A stretch of 63,982 nucleotides of DNA from an uncultured virus (IMG/VR IMGVR_UViG_2061766007_000892) (IMGVR_UViG_2061766007_000892); one strand, 5' to 3'. Shown: positions 13,937 through 25,311, counted from the first letter of the stretch. The notes: generated by a model not told the origin, from the sequence alone. A program made the numbers and translations.

Positions 13937-16900
13937 TCTCTATTTGGACGCTTCAAGACAGTTTTATTACTGTCTTGAAGTCGCCTTATTTAGAGCATAA
14001 AGGACAAATTGAGAATCCAGAGCTATCTTTAAAAGATGATAGTGAAGATACTTTTTCTTTTCGTATTCCTATGTATATTCGGAGGAATGGTAAGCGAATA
14101 GAAAATCCAGGATGGTATAATACTAGAAATGGAAATTTAATTGCTGATATGCGGAAATTAAAAGTTATTTTTAATAAAGAAGAAGAAAATGAACAAGTTT
14201 TTGAATTCCTAGTTACAAAAGTAACAGAAAAACATGAGGGGTTTGAAACTTGGTGTGAAGTAGAGAGTGAAGGATTAGCTTTTCATGAATTAGGAAAAAC
14301 AGGTTATAATATAGAGTTATCTGGTGATTTATTTTTTATTGAATATAACGATTGGCTTGATGAAGATGGAGATTTAGAAACTGAACCAGTTAATAATATT
14401 AATTATTGGATTGATAAGGTTTTAGATAATACTTTATGGGACTATGAAATTTGTATGGATTGGAATGGATATTCTAATCGTGAAAGTGAAAAGGTCTATG
14501 AAGATGCTTATGTTTCTGACTGGGATATAGATAATGATAATGATATTTTAACTCCTGGTGAAATTATTTATGAAACTGAAAAATTACGTTTGGTAGAAGG
14601 CAAAGACAGTAATAGATTTAATTTATTACAGACAATTGCTGAAACTTTTGGAGTTTATTGTAAATTTCAATATGAGTATGATGAAAATTATCATATCATT
14701 GGCCGCACTGTAGTTTTTTATAATAATTTTTTTCAAGAAGATGAAGAAGGCGTTTTTGATTTAAATTATCATTATGACACAGATGATATTTCTCGTGAAA
14801 TGGATAGTACAGAATTAATCACAAAAATGATAGTATTAAATCAAGATGGTGAAGATGTAGAAAATTCTATGATGACTACAGACGCTAATTTGCTTTTAGA
14901 AAATTATTTATTAAATTTTGATTATTTATATTCTATTGGGGCAATTAATGAAGAACAGTATCAAGAAATAAAAAAATACAATGTAGTAATACATGATTTA
15001 AATGTGAGATGTAATAGATTAGATAATCGTATTATAAGTTATCAAAATATTTTATTACATGCTCAAGCTATGGCAGAAACTGCGCGTCAATCATTAATAT
15101 TAGACCAAGAAGGTATGCAAGAAGAAACTGCATATATTAATTATTTATTGGATAAGTCAGGTGGAGACGTTGAGGCTAAAGTATTATATGTAACTAAAGA
15201 TACGGCTAAGCCACAATATCCTCTTGGAGATGAACGTTATGTTAAACCATATGACAAGTATGCGATGAATGTTCTAGTATTTTCTGATAGTGACTGTACG
15301 CAGTTAGTAGAAAATGTAGTGTTTGAAAGAGACGAAGAAGGATTCTGCACAAGAGTTGTAAATATTCCTGAAAATATTTCTAAAGTATATTTAACATATG
15401 AATATAGTCCTGATTTACATCATAAATTGATTTATGAACAATGGGTAAAAAAATTTGCGGCAGATAGTAAAATTTTAGCACAATATCAACCTATTGTTGA
15501 TAAATTAGATGGTTTACGTGATAATGCTACTGGTGAATTAATAAATGATGATGAACCGGGTTTAATCCAAGAATGTAATGATTTAAAAGAAGAATTATTA
15601 GAAGAAAAAAATTTAATAATGATAAAATTTGAGAATATGATGGGGCCAGCGTTGCGCGAAGGTACATGGCAACCAGAAGATTCTTATAGTAAATATGGTA
15701 GTCATCAAAATGCCATACTTTCTTTTGAACATCCAAGTCAAAAAGATGCGACTTTAANNNNNNNNNNNNNNNNNNNNNAGAAGAAGAAACTAATTATTAT
15801 GAAGAAGGCGTTGAATTAGAAAAGATATATTATCCTTGTATTAATGTTAAGGAGTGTTTAGAATCATTAAAAGATTATGTTGGCAATGAAATAATTGTAG
15901 AAGAAGACGAAGAAAATGACGTAAGTATTACCAAACAATTTGGTTTAATTATAAATGATAAAATTAAACGCTATGTTACTAAAACAATTGAAAACTCTGA
16001 TGAAGTGGAAAGGGTTGAAACAGTAATAGATAACTATAAAATTTTTCCAGTTAAATATGGGTTTATAAAAAATAATTATTGGACAATTCCAATTCTAATC
16101 ATTACTAATATTCAAGAATATTATGACGCAATGAATATTAATGAAGATATGGGGTTACAAGAATATATACGTTCTCTAGATGGAAAAATTGGATATTTAA
16201 TAACTACTACCGCAAAAGATTCTAATGGTATGGTTTCAATAACTCAAGAAGTTGAAACAACTCCACTCATTGATTATATAACTATAATTCCTGATATTGA
16301 AGAATATGTAACAGTTTATCCTCGTATTAAATTTGATACTTATAATTTAAAAACAAGTTCTGACGNNNNNNNNNNNNNNNNNNNNNNNNNNNNNNNNNNN
16401 NNNNNNNNNNNNNNNNNNNNNNNAAAAATGCTAGTGATGGTTCTGATATAGAGTGGGAAAACATTACAGCAGAAGATGATAATGAAGATTATGATTATAA
16501 TTATTATATTACTGTGCGGCCAGAAGTATTNNNNNNNNNNNNNNNNNNNNNNNNNNNNNNNNNNNNNNNNNNNNNNNNNNNNNNNNNNNNNNNNNNNNNN
16601 NNNNNNNNNNNNNNNNNNNNNNNNNNNNNNNNNNNNNNNNNNNNNTATGCATTGTTTAGTTCATATAAATGATTATGAATTAAAATTTAATAATGTTATG
16701 GGATATATTTCTGGAATAGATTTAAAACTTGATACGCCTTGGGAAGATAGTATAGAAATTAAAAATTATAAGACTAAATTTGAAAATTTATTTAGCTCAA
16801 TTGTAGCTTCAACTGAAGCTATGAAAAAGAATTCTGTCGCAATAAGTATGGCCGCGAGCGCTTTTACTTCTACCGGTAATTTAAGCCAGAAAATATTACA

Positions 16901-19521
16901 AAATTCCATTTCATTTGCAGATTTAAATTATGCTTTTAATAACGGTCGTTTGACTATTAATGAAAAAGATGGTATTTGGGCAGTAAATGAAAATGGCGTA
17001 GTTGCTATTAATGGCGGNNNNNNNNNNNNNNNNNNNNNNNNNNNNNNNNNNNNNNNNNNNNNGGGTTTGGAACACAGGGCTTTTGCCGCGAGGTATTAGT
17101 GCAAACGCTATTACAGCTGGACAGTTAGATACTAATTTAATTAGAGTATATGCTGGAGATAATTTACGTTTCCAATTAAATGGCGATGGATTATTTGCTT
17201 ATAAGTCTTGGTTAAATGAAGATAATGTTAGTGATGAAGACGCTACTCAATATGGAGGAATAGACCCTGCACAGTATGTAGTCCATAATGCTGAAGGTTT
17301 GTTTTTAGTTGCTAAAACCGGGGCAAAAATGTGGAATAGCACATTAGAAGATTGGACAGTTTTAAAGAAAGATGTTAATCGTGTTGCTATTACATGGGAT
17401 GGTTTAACTCTACGAAATTATAATGATGAAAAAGTATTTTTTGCAGATGCGGATACTGGAGATTTAACCTTGCGTGGCGGCATTGAAGCGACCAGTTTGA
17501 AAATTGTTACTGATAATGGTGTAGAACCATTTAATACTTATGGTATCCAAGGAGATGGGGTAAGTATTAATGGGAATGGAATTAATATTGAAGGAAATAA
17601 TGGATTTTTCATAGTTGATAATGAGCATTTAGGTTTTTATAATAATGAAGAAGAGGCTTTGTTATATTATGATAATGGTAATATAACTCTTAAGGGCGAT
17701 ATTTATGCTAGTAATATTTATGCTGGTGGTTCATATGTTTATACAGGGGCTTCGCCAACTAATCCAGGTAATAGCTTTCTTTTTTCAGTATATGCTCAAA
17801 ATCAAGCTAAAGATATTTTAAATCAAGCTTTAGGTAGTGTTTCGGGAGAAGAAGGGTCTATTCAGGGAGCCATCACAAAACGTTTAAATGCTATTACCGG
17901 AGATTATCAAGGAACATTAGCTGATCTCGCATCTGATGCTATACCTTCTATTACTTCTGCGAGTTCTGAGCCAAGTAATTATAAAATGGGTGATATTTTT
18001 TATAATACTAGTAATGGAGTACAATATATATATGATGGCTCTGAATGGGTTGCTGTTTCTTATGCTCCTTCTCATTTTTCAGAGCAGCCCTCTTCCCCTC
18101 ATATTGGAGATACTTATACAGACACTAATGGAGATACACAAATCTATACCGCGGCTGGATGGGAAAATTTGACTTCTACCCAGCGATTAAAAGGAGCAAA
18201 AATAGATATAGATGCGGCAGCTGGNNNNNNNNNNNNNNNNNNNNNNNNNNNGAATGATATAACCTTATTAAGTAATGGTAGTATTAATTTAAATGGAAAA
18301 CAAATTTCATTATTAGCTAATGATGTTGAGAATGATAAAGCGAGTATTTCTTTAATTACAACGACCACTTTAAATGATGAAACTATTACTAATAATGTAT
18401 TTACTATGAACAAAGCTGGTATTACAATAGGCTCAGCAGGTAATTTTACAGCGTCCGCTGCGAATACAGTTTATATTGGTACGTCTGGAACGGCTACTTC
18501 ACACGATGGAGCAAGTTACTTATTATTGTCTGGTTCGGGAAATAATCGTACTCTTGATTTATATACTTCAGGCCAATTAACACTTGCTTCTGGTGGTAAT
18601 ATGACTATTGCTTCTGGTGGTAATCTGACTATTGGCGCATCAAGTGGTGTAGATGCTACATTATCACTACTTTCTACTGGTAAATTAACTGCTTATGGTT
18701 CAGAGGTAATCTTAGCTGCTTCTACTAATTTTAATAATAATGCTGCTAGTCCAAATGGTAGTTATTTATGGATGCATAATAACGACATAGATATGGGTGT
18801 CTCTGGTAATTTCCAAATTTTATCCGGTGGTAAATTTAGTGCGCTTGCCACGCAAGAAGTATTAATTGCGACTGATCAAAATTTTGATACCACGGCTAAT
18901 ACTCATAGTGGCAGTTATTTATGGATGCATACTAAAAATAATAGACAAGTTCTTGATATAGGAACAACAGGTGATTCTCAAATTTTATCTGGAGGAGACT
19001 TTCAAATCTTATCCGGAGGAAATTTTAGTGCTATTGCTGCGAATGAGGTTTTAATTGCTTCTGCAGTAAATAGTAATAATGAGCCCACTGGAAATTATAT
19101 ATGGATGCATAGCGTTAATGGAACACAACAATTAGATATTGGTACAACCGGTACAATGACAGTTAATGCTGATTCATTGATAATTAAAGTTATAACAGGA
19201 GAAGATGAAAATCAGAACGATATTATAACAGAATACGATTTAGACGATTATCCAATGGGATATAATGAAGAAATTAATAAATGGTTTACTTTTAATGATG
19301 ATGGATTAGTAATTAGTGCTACTACTAATGAATTAGATGCAGATGGTAATTTGAAGAAAAGTCCTTGGAGTACTGTAATTTACGAAGAAGGATATAAAGT
19401 TTGTTATGAAGATGAAGCAATATTTGATGTAAAGCGTGATAAAAGTACTTTAAACGCGATAAAAATGGGAAATATTGTAATTAAAAAAAGCCAGAAAGGT
19501 ATGGTGTGGGTAAAGGAGTGA
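13937..19521 (+). CDS. Tail-associated (Tal-like) / adhesin protein, probably one gene split by gaps
   Basis: Fragments 13975-15819, 15780-16365, 16424-16530, 16646-17017 and 17063-19521 each have an open frame between gaps. Motifs include FNLLQTIAETFG, ISANAITAGQLDTNLIRV and beta-rich C-terminal repeats. Position after TMP-Dit fits. Confidence 0.6.
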
Positions 19522-19523
19522 TA

Positions 19524-21476
19524 ATGATGGAAAGCTTTTCACGTTCAACAACTGTTAATAGTGATATTAATACTAAAAATGATAATTCATGGAAAACTAT
19601 GGGCGATATTATATCAAGTACTATAAATAGTATTCCTGATGATAAATATGATGCACCAATTACTGCGGTNNNNNNNNNNNNNNNNNNNNNNNNNNNNNNN
19701 NNNNNNNNNNNNNNNNNNNNNNNNNNNNNNNNNNNNNNNNNNNNNNNNNNNNNNNNNNNNNNNNACTTATAAATTTCTTATAAATGATGAATCTTTCACA
19801 ATAGGCTATTTAAAATATAATCCGACGCAACTAAAATTACAATTTAAAGCATATCGTGCAAGCGGTCAAGGGACTCTAAAAGTTTATTGTAAAAGTCAAA
19901 CAGTCAACATTACTTATTATATAGGAGATATTCCTATTAGTTTTGACTCTCCTGCCAATGAAGAACAATTTAAACAATATACTGATAAAATTAATATACA
20001 GCTTTCAAAAAAATCAAATGATATTAATAATTATACTTTACAGATTATAAATGCAGAAACTTCAGAAGAGATATATTCAGAAGGGATAAGTTCAGACGAT
20101 TTTAATGATAATATATATAATAAGTNNNNNNNNNNTAAAAATATTTTTAAATTCACGATATTCAATAAGTTCCATTAATTATTATCCTCCATTATTAGAT
20201 CCTTTCCTTTTGGATACTCATCTGAAACATATCTCCAAATAAAACCATAAGATGATTTTCCTTCTTGCCTACATACTCTAGCAATACATCCATGAGTTTT
20301 ATTTAATGAACGCCCCGCTTCACAAACTGAAGGAAATGTTTGTATATATTTACCATTTAAATCATACTAATTTACTTCCTTACTACATCTTTTTAACGTG
20401 GCTTTGGCAACTGCTTGCCGTCTTTCTTCCTCTGCTTTCTATAATTTTTCTATTATTAAATTAACAGAAATATCATCAGTTTGAAATTTCCAAATATAAT
20501 TTTTAGAAGTATGATGTTTCTAACAAGCTTCTGAAATAGCACTTCTAGAAGTATTCACTGCTCGGGCGGCCGCACCTTCTGAAAAATAAATATTTAATAA
20601 ATTTCCATTTAAATCATACTGCTCAACCGTTTTACAATCTGGCTATAAAATATTTTTTTCTTCTTGTGTTAAATATCCTAATCCAGCAGAGTGTAAAATA
20701 TCAGTAATAGTAATTTTATTTACACTAAACAATTCACATAACTCTTGTATTTTTAAGCCACTATTAAAAAGTGTTATAACTTCAGTTGGGTTTGTCTTAG
20801 GAGTTCCTTGGCCTCCCGGAGTTTGATTATATCCTTTTAGGCNNNNNNNNNNNNNNNNNNNNNNNNNNNNNNNNNNNNNTCAATAATAGAAAATTTAAAA
20901 TTTTCTACTCCATATTTACGTATTGCTCTATATAGTGGATAGTTATAGCTTACTAGTAAGGGATAAAAAGCTAATCTTTTATGATCTTTCCATCTAGTTT
21001 CAATGTGAATTGACTAACCTATATAATTTTTATGATTAACTAAATTTTCAATTCTATAAATACCTATCATATTAACCACCCGCTCGTTTATTATAACCAT
21101 ATTCTTGAGTTTTAAAGNNNNNNNNNNNNNNNNNNNNNNNNNNNNNNNATTCACCTAATTTATCTTTTTCGCAGTAAATTATTGATTCAATTGTCCAATT
21201 CCAGAAGCCAGTTTTTAAAATTTCATGATGAACTGCTTGGTCTGAAATTGTAGATAATCCAATCGAACTTTTAAAATGGTCTGAAATTCTTTTTTTAACA
21301 TTNNNNNNNNNNATTATTCTGCTGTTAATACAACTTCTAATGTTAGTCTATATATAATGCCAAAAGATTCATCTGAAAATCCAGATGCTGAAATTAACAT
21401 AGGGGTAGGATCTGGTTCTACAGTGGTTAGAGGAGTTTTAATTTTAGAATATACTACAAATGATAATAATCCTTAA
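19524..21476 (+). CDS. Putative tail/baseplate-associated protein (gapped; interrupted by a misplaced contig at 20136-21302)
   Basis: AAGGAG RBS then ATG at 19524. Open frames at 19524-19669 and 19765-20125. A + strand C-terminal piece (...YSAVNTTSNVSLYIMPKDSSENPDAEINIGVGSGSTVVRGVLILEYTTNDNNP*) ends TAA at 21474-21476. Confidence 0.4.
20175..21070 (-). CDS. GIY-YIG homing endonuclease with two NUMOD1-like repeats; five in-frame TAG codons (missed by the ORF track)
   Basis: Manual translation: MIGIYRIENLVNHKNYIG(TAG)SIHIETRWKDH...YPLYRAIRKYGVENFKF...GYNQTPGG...VEQYDLNGNLLNIYFSEGAAARAV...VN(TAG)YDLNGKYIQTFPSVCEAGRSL...YGFIWRY. No in-frame TAA/TGA until 20175-20177, which overlaps the next ATG. 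Confidence 0.88.
21072..21302 (-). CDS. Allelic C-terminal fragment of the 24227-25246 GIY-YIG protein
   Basis: NVKKRISDHFKSSIGLSTISDQAVHHEILKTGFWNWTIESIIYCEKDKLGE...FKTQEYGYNKRAGG* matches NVKKRIADHFKSSIGIKTIADQAVHREIWKTGFWNWTIEIIIYCEKEQLNE...FKSQEFGYNKNVGGGG*. Confidence 0.85.
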   Translation of the reverse strand, partial: NVKKRISDHFKSSIGLSTISDQAVHHEILKTGFWNWTIESIIYCEKDKLGEXXXXXXXXXXXFKTQEYGYNKRAGG

Positions 21477-21563
21477 AAATAAANNNNNNNNNNNNNNNNN
21501 NNNNNNNNNNNNNNNNNNNNNNNNNNNNNNNNNNNNNNNNNNNNNNNNNNNNNNNNNNNNNNN

Positions 21564-21881
21564 ATCCAAATTTAACTTATCAACATTAATCTCAACTGTA
21601 GTATTCAACAAATCAACCATTGCCTCATTGCATTCTTTTGCCTTATCTTGTTGAATAATAACATTGCCTTCGTCAGTTTGCTTATAATTTCCATCTTCAT
21701 CTCTTTCGGCATACATCTCAATAATTTTACGACGAGATTCATCAAAGGTAGCATTTTCCTTATCTAACTCTCTAATCAATCTGGCAACCCTAAAAGCAGT
21801 CTTAACGGGTAATACCTTCATACTAATTTCTCTAAAAATAGAAATACTATTTAAAATATCATTTAAAGTAACCTGAATCAT
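21564..21881 (-). CDS. Hypothetical phage protein (3' end in gap)
   Basis: Helical ORF MIQVTLNDILNS...KIIEMYAERDEDG, with an ATGA overlap on the ruvC stop. Confidence 0.6.
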
Positions 21882-22621
21882 ATATCTTCACCCCAAGTTG
21901 AGTTTTTATTTTTTATTACACTACAAAAATATTTGCCAATACAAATAGCATCTGCTTCATCTTGTGTACATTTTTGTTTATACCATAGTTCAACTTTTTC
22001 TTGAGCTTGACGCTTTTTGTTTTCACGACCTTTTCCATCGCCCACACCGCAATATTTTCGCCATTCGCTTGAATAGCATAGGACATGGTCAATACATTTT
22101 TCAAATAAAGTATCAACTAATACCCCTTGTAAATTAGCAAGCACCCGATACATTTCAACTTGGTATTTTCCATTACTGCCAAAAGACTGTAATTGAATAT
22201 TTTCAATTCCTACAAAATCGGGTTCCCAAGCATCAAGTGCGGCTGCAAGCCAATGTTTTATCTCATTAATACGTTCTGTAGATTCTTTGGTTTCATCTGC
22301 ATGATAAGTTCCATAACTAACTAATGTCCCATTATCATAGATAGAATAACCAGTAATTTTAGTCGCGGCATCAAGTGCCAAGATTCTATGCGTGTCAATC
22401 GTTTTGATTGGCACCTTATTTTTTTTGACTTTATAAGGGTCGCCCGCAAGACATTGTTCACACACTGGATGTTTTCTCCATTGCCCATAACTCATGAATT
22501 GCGTATGACCTTCTGGACACCTCATTTCTAATTCTGTATTTAAGTTTTTATAAGAAGCGCTAATCAGTTTCCAACCTTCTTCTTCAAGATGATTGGAAAC
22601 TGAATAGATATTTATTGCCAT
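21878..22621 (-). CDS. ruvC: RuvC-like Holliday junction resolvase with N-terminal Zn-binding domain
   Basis: RNase H-fold catalytic pattern RILALDAATKITGYS...VGIENIQ...WRKYCG...DEADAICIG; N-terminal CPEGH...CEQC. Confidence 0.8.
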   Translation of the reverse strand: MAINIYSVSNHLEEEGWKLISASYKNLNTELEMRCPEGHTQFMSYGQWRKHPVCEQCLAGDPYKVKKNKVPIKTIDTHRILALDAATKITGYSIYDNGTLVSYGTYHADETKESTERINEIKHWLAAALDAWEPDFVGIENIQLQSFGSNGKYQVEMYRVLANLQGVLVDTLFEKCIDHVLCYSSEWRKYCGVGDGKGRENKKRQAQEKVELWYKQKCTQDEADAICIGKYFCSVIKNKNSTWGEDI

Positions 22622-22624
22622 GAA

Positions 22625-23437
22625 TTACTTACCGGTGGAACCAAATCCTCCTTCCCCACGGTCACTAGCAGGTAGAATATCAACTACATCAGCCTTAAAC
22701 TTGTAGGAAGGCATAACAAGCATTTGTGCCACACGGTCTCCAGACTTAATTTGATAATCAGAATCAGAAAGATTGTCATATAGAACACCAAGTTGGCCGC
22801 GATACTCACTATCAATAATACCAACACTATTTGATAGACGATTCTGCGTCTTGGCTCCAATACTGGAGCGTGGGAAAATCATTGCCATCCAGCCCTCTGG
22901 AAGAGCAATATGTACACCAGTTTTAACCATATTACTAAAGCTGTGCGCTGGAAGTACCATATCGTCCGCGGCATAAAGGTCGGCGCAAGCATCGGTTTTA
23001 TGCGCATAAGTAGGAACAGTCGCACCATCATCCAGCTTAATTGGAAGAACGATATTATAATTATGATAACATTCTAGCGCAGCATCAAAAATGTCATAGA
23101 AAATTGAGAAAATACTTTCAAGAATCTGGCGCTTATTAGCAGAAGGTTTTAGTTCATCAATTGCTTCCTTAATAGCCATCTTTGAAGACTCAATATTCTC
23201 ATGTACGGCCTCACGAGTAAGTCCTTCTTCCTCAAAATTCTTAATCATCTCATTAATAGAAGCATTACGAATCTTATCAGTAAATGCTCCAGAAATCATA
23301 CCAATCATAACATCAATACTTTCATTATTTAAACTATCTTCTGGAATAGCCATAATCTGCTCAATGGCATCCATAATAGGCTGCAAATTTTCATCATTAG
23401 ATACCATATCTGCGAAATTTGTAAAGTTATTTTCCAT
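22625..23437 (-). CDS. dut: Trimeric dUTPase with ~125-aa acidic N-terminal extension
   Basis: Motifs ACADL, PRSSIG, GIIDSEYRG, RVAQML and RGEGGFGSTG. Confidence 0.95.
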   Translation of the reverse strand: MENNFTNFADMVSNDENLQPIMDAIEQIMAIPEDSLNNESIDVMIGMISGAFTDKIRNASINEMIKNFEEEGLTREAVHENIESSKMAIKEAIDELKPSANKRQILESIFSIFYDIFDAALECYHNYNIVLPIKLDDGATVPTYAHKTDACADLYAADDMVLPAHSFSNMVKTGVHIALPEGWMAMIFPRSSIGAKTQNRLSNSVGIIDSEYRGQLGVLYDNLSDSDYQIKSGDRVAQMLVMPSYKFKADVVDILPASDRGEGGFGSTGK

Positions 23438-23450
23438 AGTTATTGTCTCC

Positions 23451-23657
23451 TTATTCAGTAAAAGTTCTCTCCACTGTTACGATAGCCCAACTATCAATAA
23501 TTTCGCCCTTGGATTTCTTATTCTTTAGAACATAGCCTGACTTAGTTAGAGAGTAACCTTCTGTATTTTGATTATTCTTATATTCTTCAATTAGGCGAAC
23601 AGCCTCTTCTTCATCTTCAACACGAAAAGTGTCAACTGTCTTCAGTAGCATCTTCAT
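23451..23657 (-). CDS. Hypothetical protein
   Basis: Operonic ORF (MKMLLKTVDTFRVEDEEEA...) with an AGGAG RBS. Confidence 0.6.
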   Translation of the reverse strand: MKMLLKTVDTFRVEDEEEAVRLIEEYKNNQNTEGYSLTKSGYVLKNKKSKGEIIDSWAIVTVERTFTE

Positions 23658-23940
23658 AATTTTCATTCTCCTTTTTCTCATTTAGTTCTCGTAGTTGTTC
23701 AATTAGGTTTATATAATTAAGCTTTTTAGCTGTCTCTGAAATAGAACCCATACTAGCGCGCCCTCGTTTGCCAAGTTTTTTTGCTAATGCTCTTCGTTCA
23801 GCGCGATTTCTAGGTTGATATTGCGTTTTTTCTTCCATTTGTTGTGCTACGGTAGTTTCAATTTCTTCTAAATTTATCGGATCTTCTTTATCAGTAGTTA
23901 ATCCAGTCACAAAAATTTCTTTATTTGTTTCTGTATTCAT
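23632..23940 (-). CDS. Hypothetical protein
   Basis: Operonic ORF containing PRNRAERRA, with an ATGA overlap. Confidence 0.6.
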   Translation of the reverse strand: MNTETNKEIFVTGLTTDKEDPINLEEIETTVAQQMEEKTQYQPRNRAERRALAKKLGKRGRASMGSISETAKKLNYINLIEQLRELNEKKENENYEDATEDS

Positions 23941-24227
23941 AATAAATCCTCCACTACCGTTTTAATTAAATCATATGCTTTTTCAGTATCTACTTGAATA
24001 ATGGAGAATACTTTATTATTTTCTCTTTCAATAAGAGGAATATGCACAGTGACATGGCGGTTTAAAACAAATTTTGTAATATGAGAAAATCCGTCTATGT
24101 CTACTTCCTCGCTTTCGCTATCTATAAACAATGCATTTGTAAGAGCGTATAAAACATATAATTTTTCTTCTTCTTTATATAAAATAACTATATATTTTGA
24201 ATTACCTTCATACTTAATAATTTCCAT
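23937..24227 (-). CDS. Hypothetical protein
   Basis: TAATG overlap with the upstream gene. A probable allelic start (MELIEYREFKNIF) is at 20136-20175. Confidence 0.6.
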   Translation of the reverse strand: MEIIKYEGNSKYIVILYKEEEKLYVLYALTNALFIDSESEEVDIDGFSHITKFVLNRHVTVHIPLIERENNKVFSIIQVDTEKAYDLIKTVVEDLL

Positions 24228-25246
24228 TATCCACCGCCACCTACATTTTTATTATATCCAAATTCTTGGCTTTTAAAGAAATCTATATAATATTTTTCTA
24301 ATTCATTTAATTGTTCTTTTTCACAATAGATAATTATTTCAATTGTCCAATTCCAAAAACCAGTTTTCCATATTTCACGGTGTACTGCTTGGTCTGCGAT
24401 TGTTTTTATACCAATTGAACTTTTAAAATGATCGGCAATTCGTTTCTTAACATTGGTACTTTTACCAATATAGCATTTTCCAGTATCAATATTTGTGATT
24501 TTATAAATGCCGGGTTTATCTTCTATTCCGACCCGTTTAAAAGTTCCATCTATATAAGGTTTCACATATTCAGCCCACACAAGTTTATTTATAATATCAG
24601 GATGCTGAACTTTTTGTGAAACAGTAGTAATTAGAAAACTTATATCTTCTTTATATTCATCAGGAACTTGTATTGTATAAAATAAGCGTTCCTGTTGCTC
24701 CATTTCATATTGTCTTAAAGGAAGTAAAAGCCCTTCAAAACGTTCTTGTTGTGCGCGAGTCTCTGCTAGAATATTTTCTTGGCTTTCGCGCGCGGCATCA
24801 ATCACTGACTGGGTTTCTTGACAAAATTTATGTTCTCGTTCTAATTCATCACGCTCAAATTGAGCATATTTAGATTTTAAATTTTCTTCTTTCTCACGCC
24901 ACAATCGTTCAAAATCTGTATCCATTTCTGACTGGCGCGTAAGTTTTTGATTTTCAAAATATAAGTCTAAATCTGTCGTTTTCTTATTTAATTCTCGTTT
25001 ATACTTATTTTGAATTTCAATTAATTTATCATTATATTCACTAACTAAATTAGTTTGTGTTTTAATATCTTTTGTTAATTCATCTTTTTGAAAACGAAGT
25101 TTTTCAACTCTTCCTTCTGCATCAGAGATTTCTTTTTTATAAACTTCTAATTGCTTATTATCAATTGAAATTTTTTGTCCTAGTTTTACACCTAGTATAA
25201 TTATTATAATTGTAAGTATTCCTATTATTCCATATAACATCTACAT
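24227..25246 (-). CDS. Membrane-anchored coiled-coil protein with C-terminal GIY-YIG nuclease domain
   Basis: N-terminal hydrophobic helix (LYGIIGILTIIIIILGV), long coiled coil, then PGIYKITN...CYIGKS...RIADH...LEKYYI...GYN. RBS spacing favours the ATG at 25246, which is followed by TAG. Confidence 0.8.
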
Positions 25247-25273
25247 CACAACCACTCCTTTACTTTACAATTA

Positions 25274-25302
25274 ATTATATCATGGTTTTTTGAAAAAGTC
25301 AA
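25274..25302 (-). promoter_or_regulatory. sigmaA-type promoter
   Basis: TTGACT-17 bp-TATAAT with TG extension. Confidence 0.8.
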
Positions 25303-25311
25303 GTAATCTAC

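Noticed and set aside
20175..21070. Endonuclease as a decayed pseudogene
   Set aside because: All five interruptions are TAG, none TAA/TGA despite the AT-rich background. Two fall at Gln motif positions, and the start and stop overlaps are intact.
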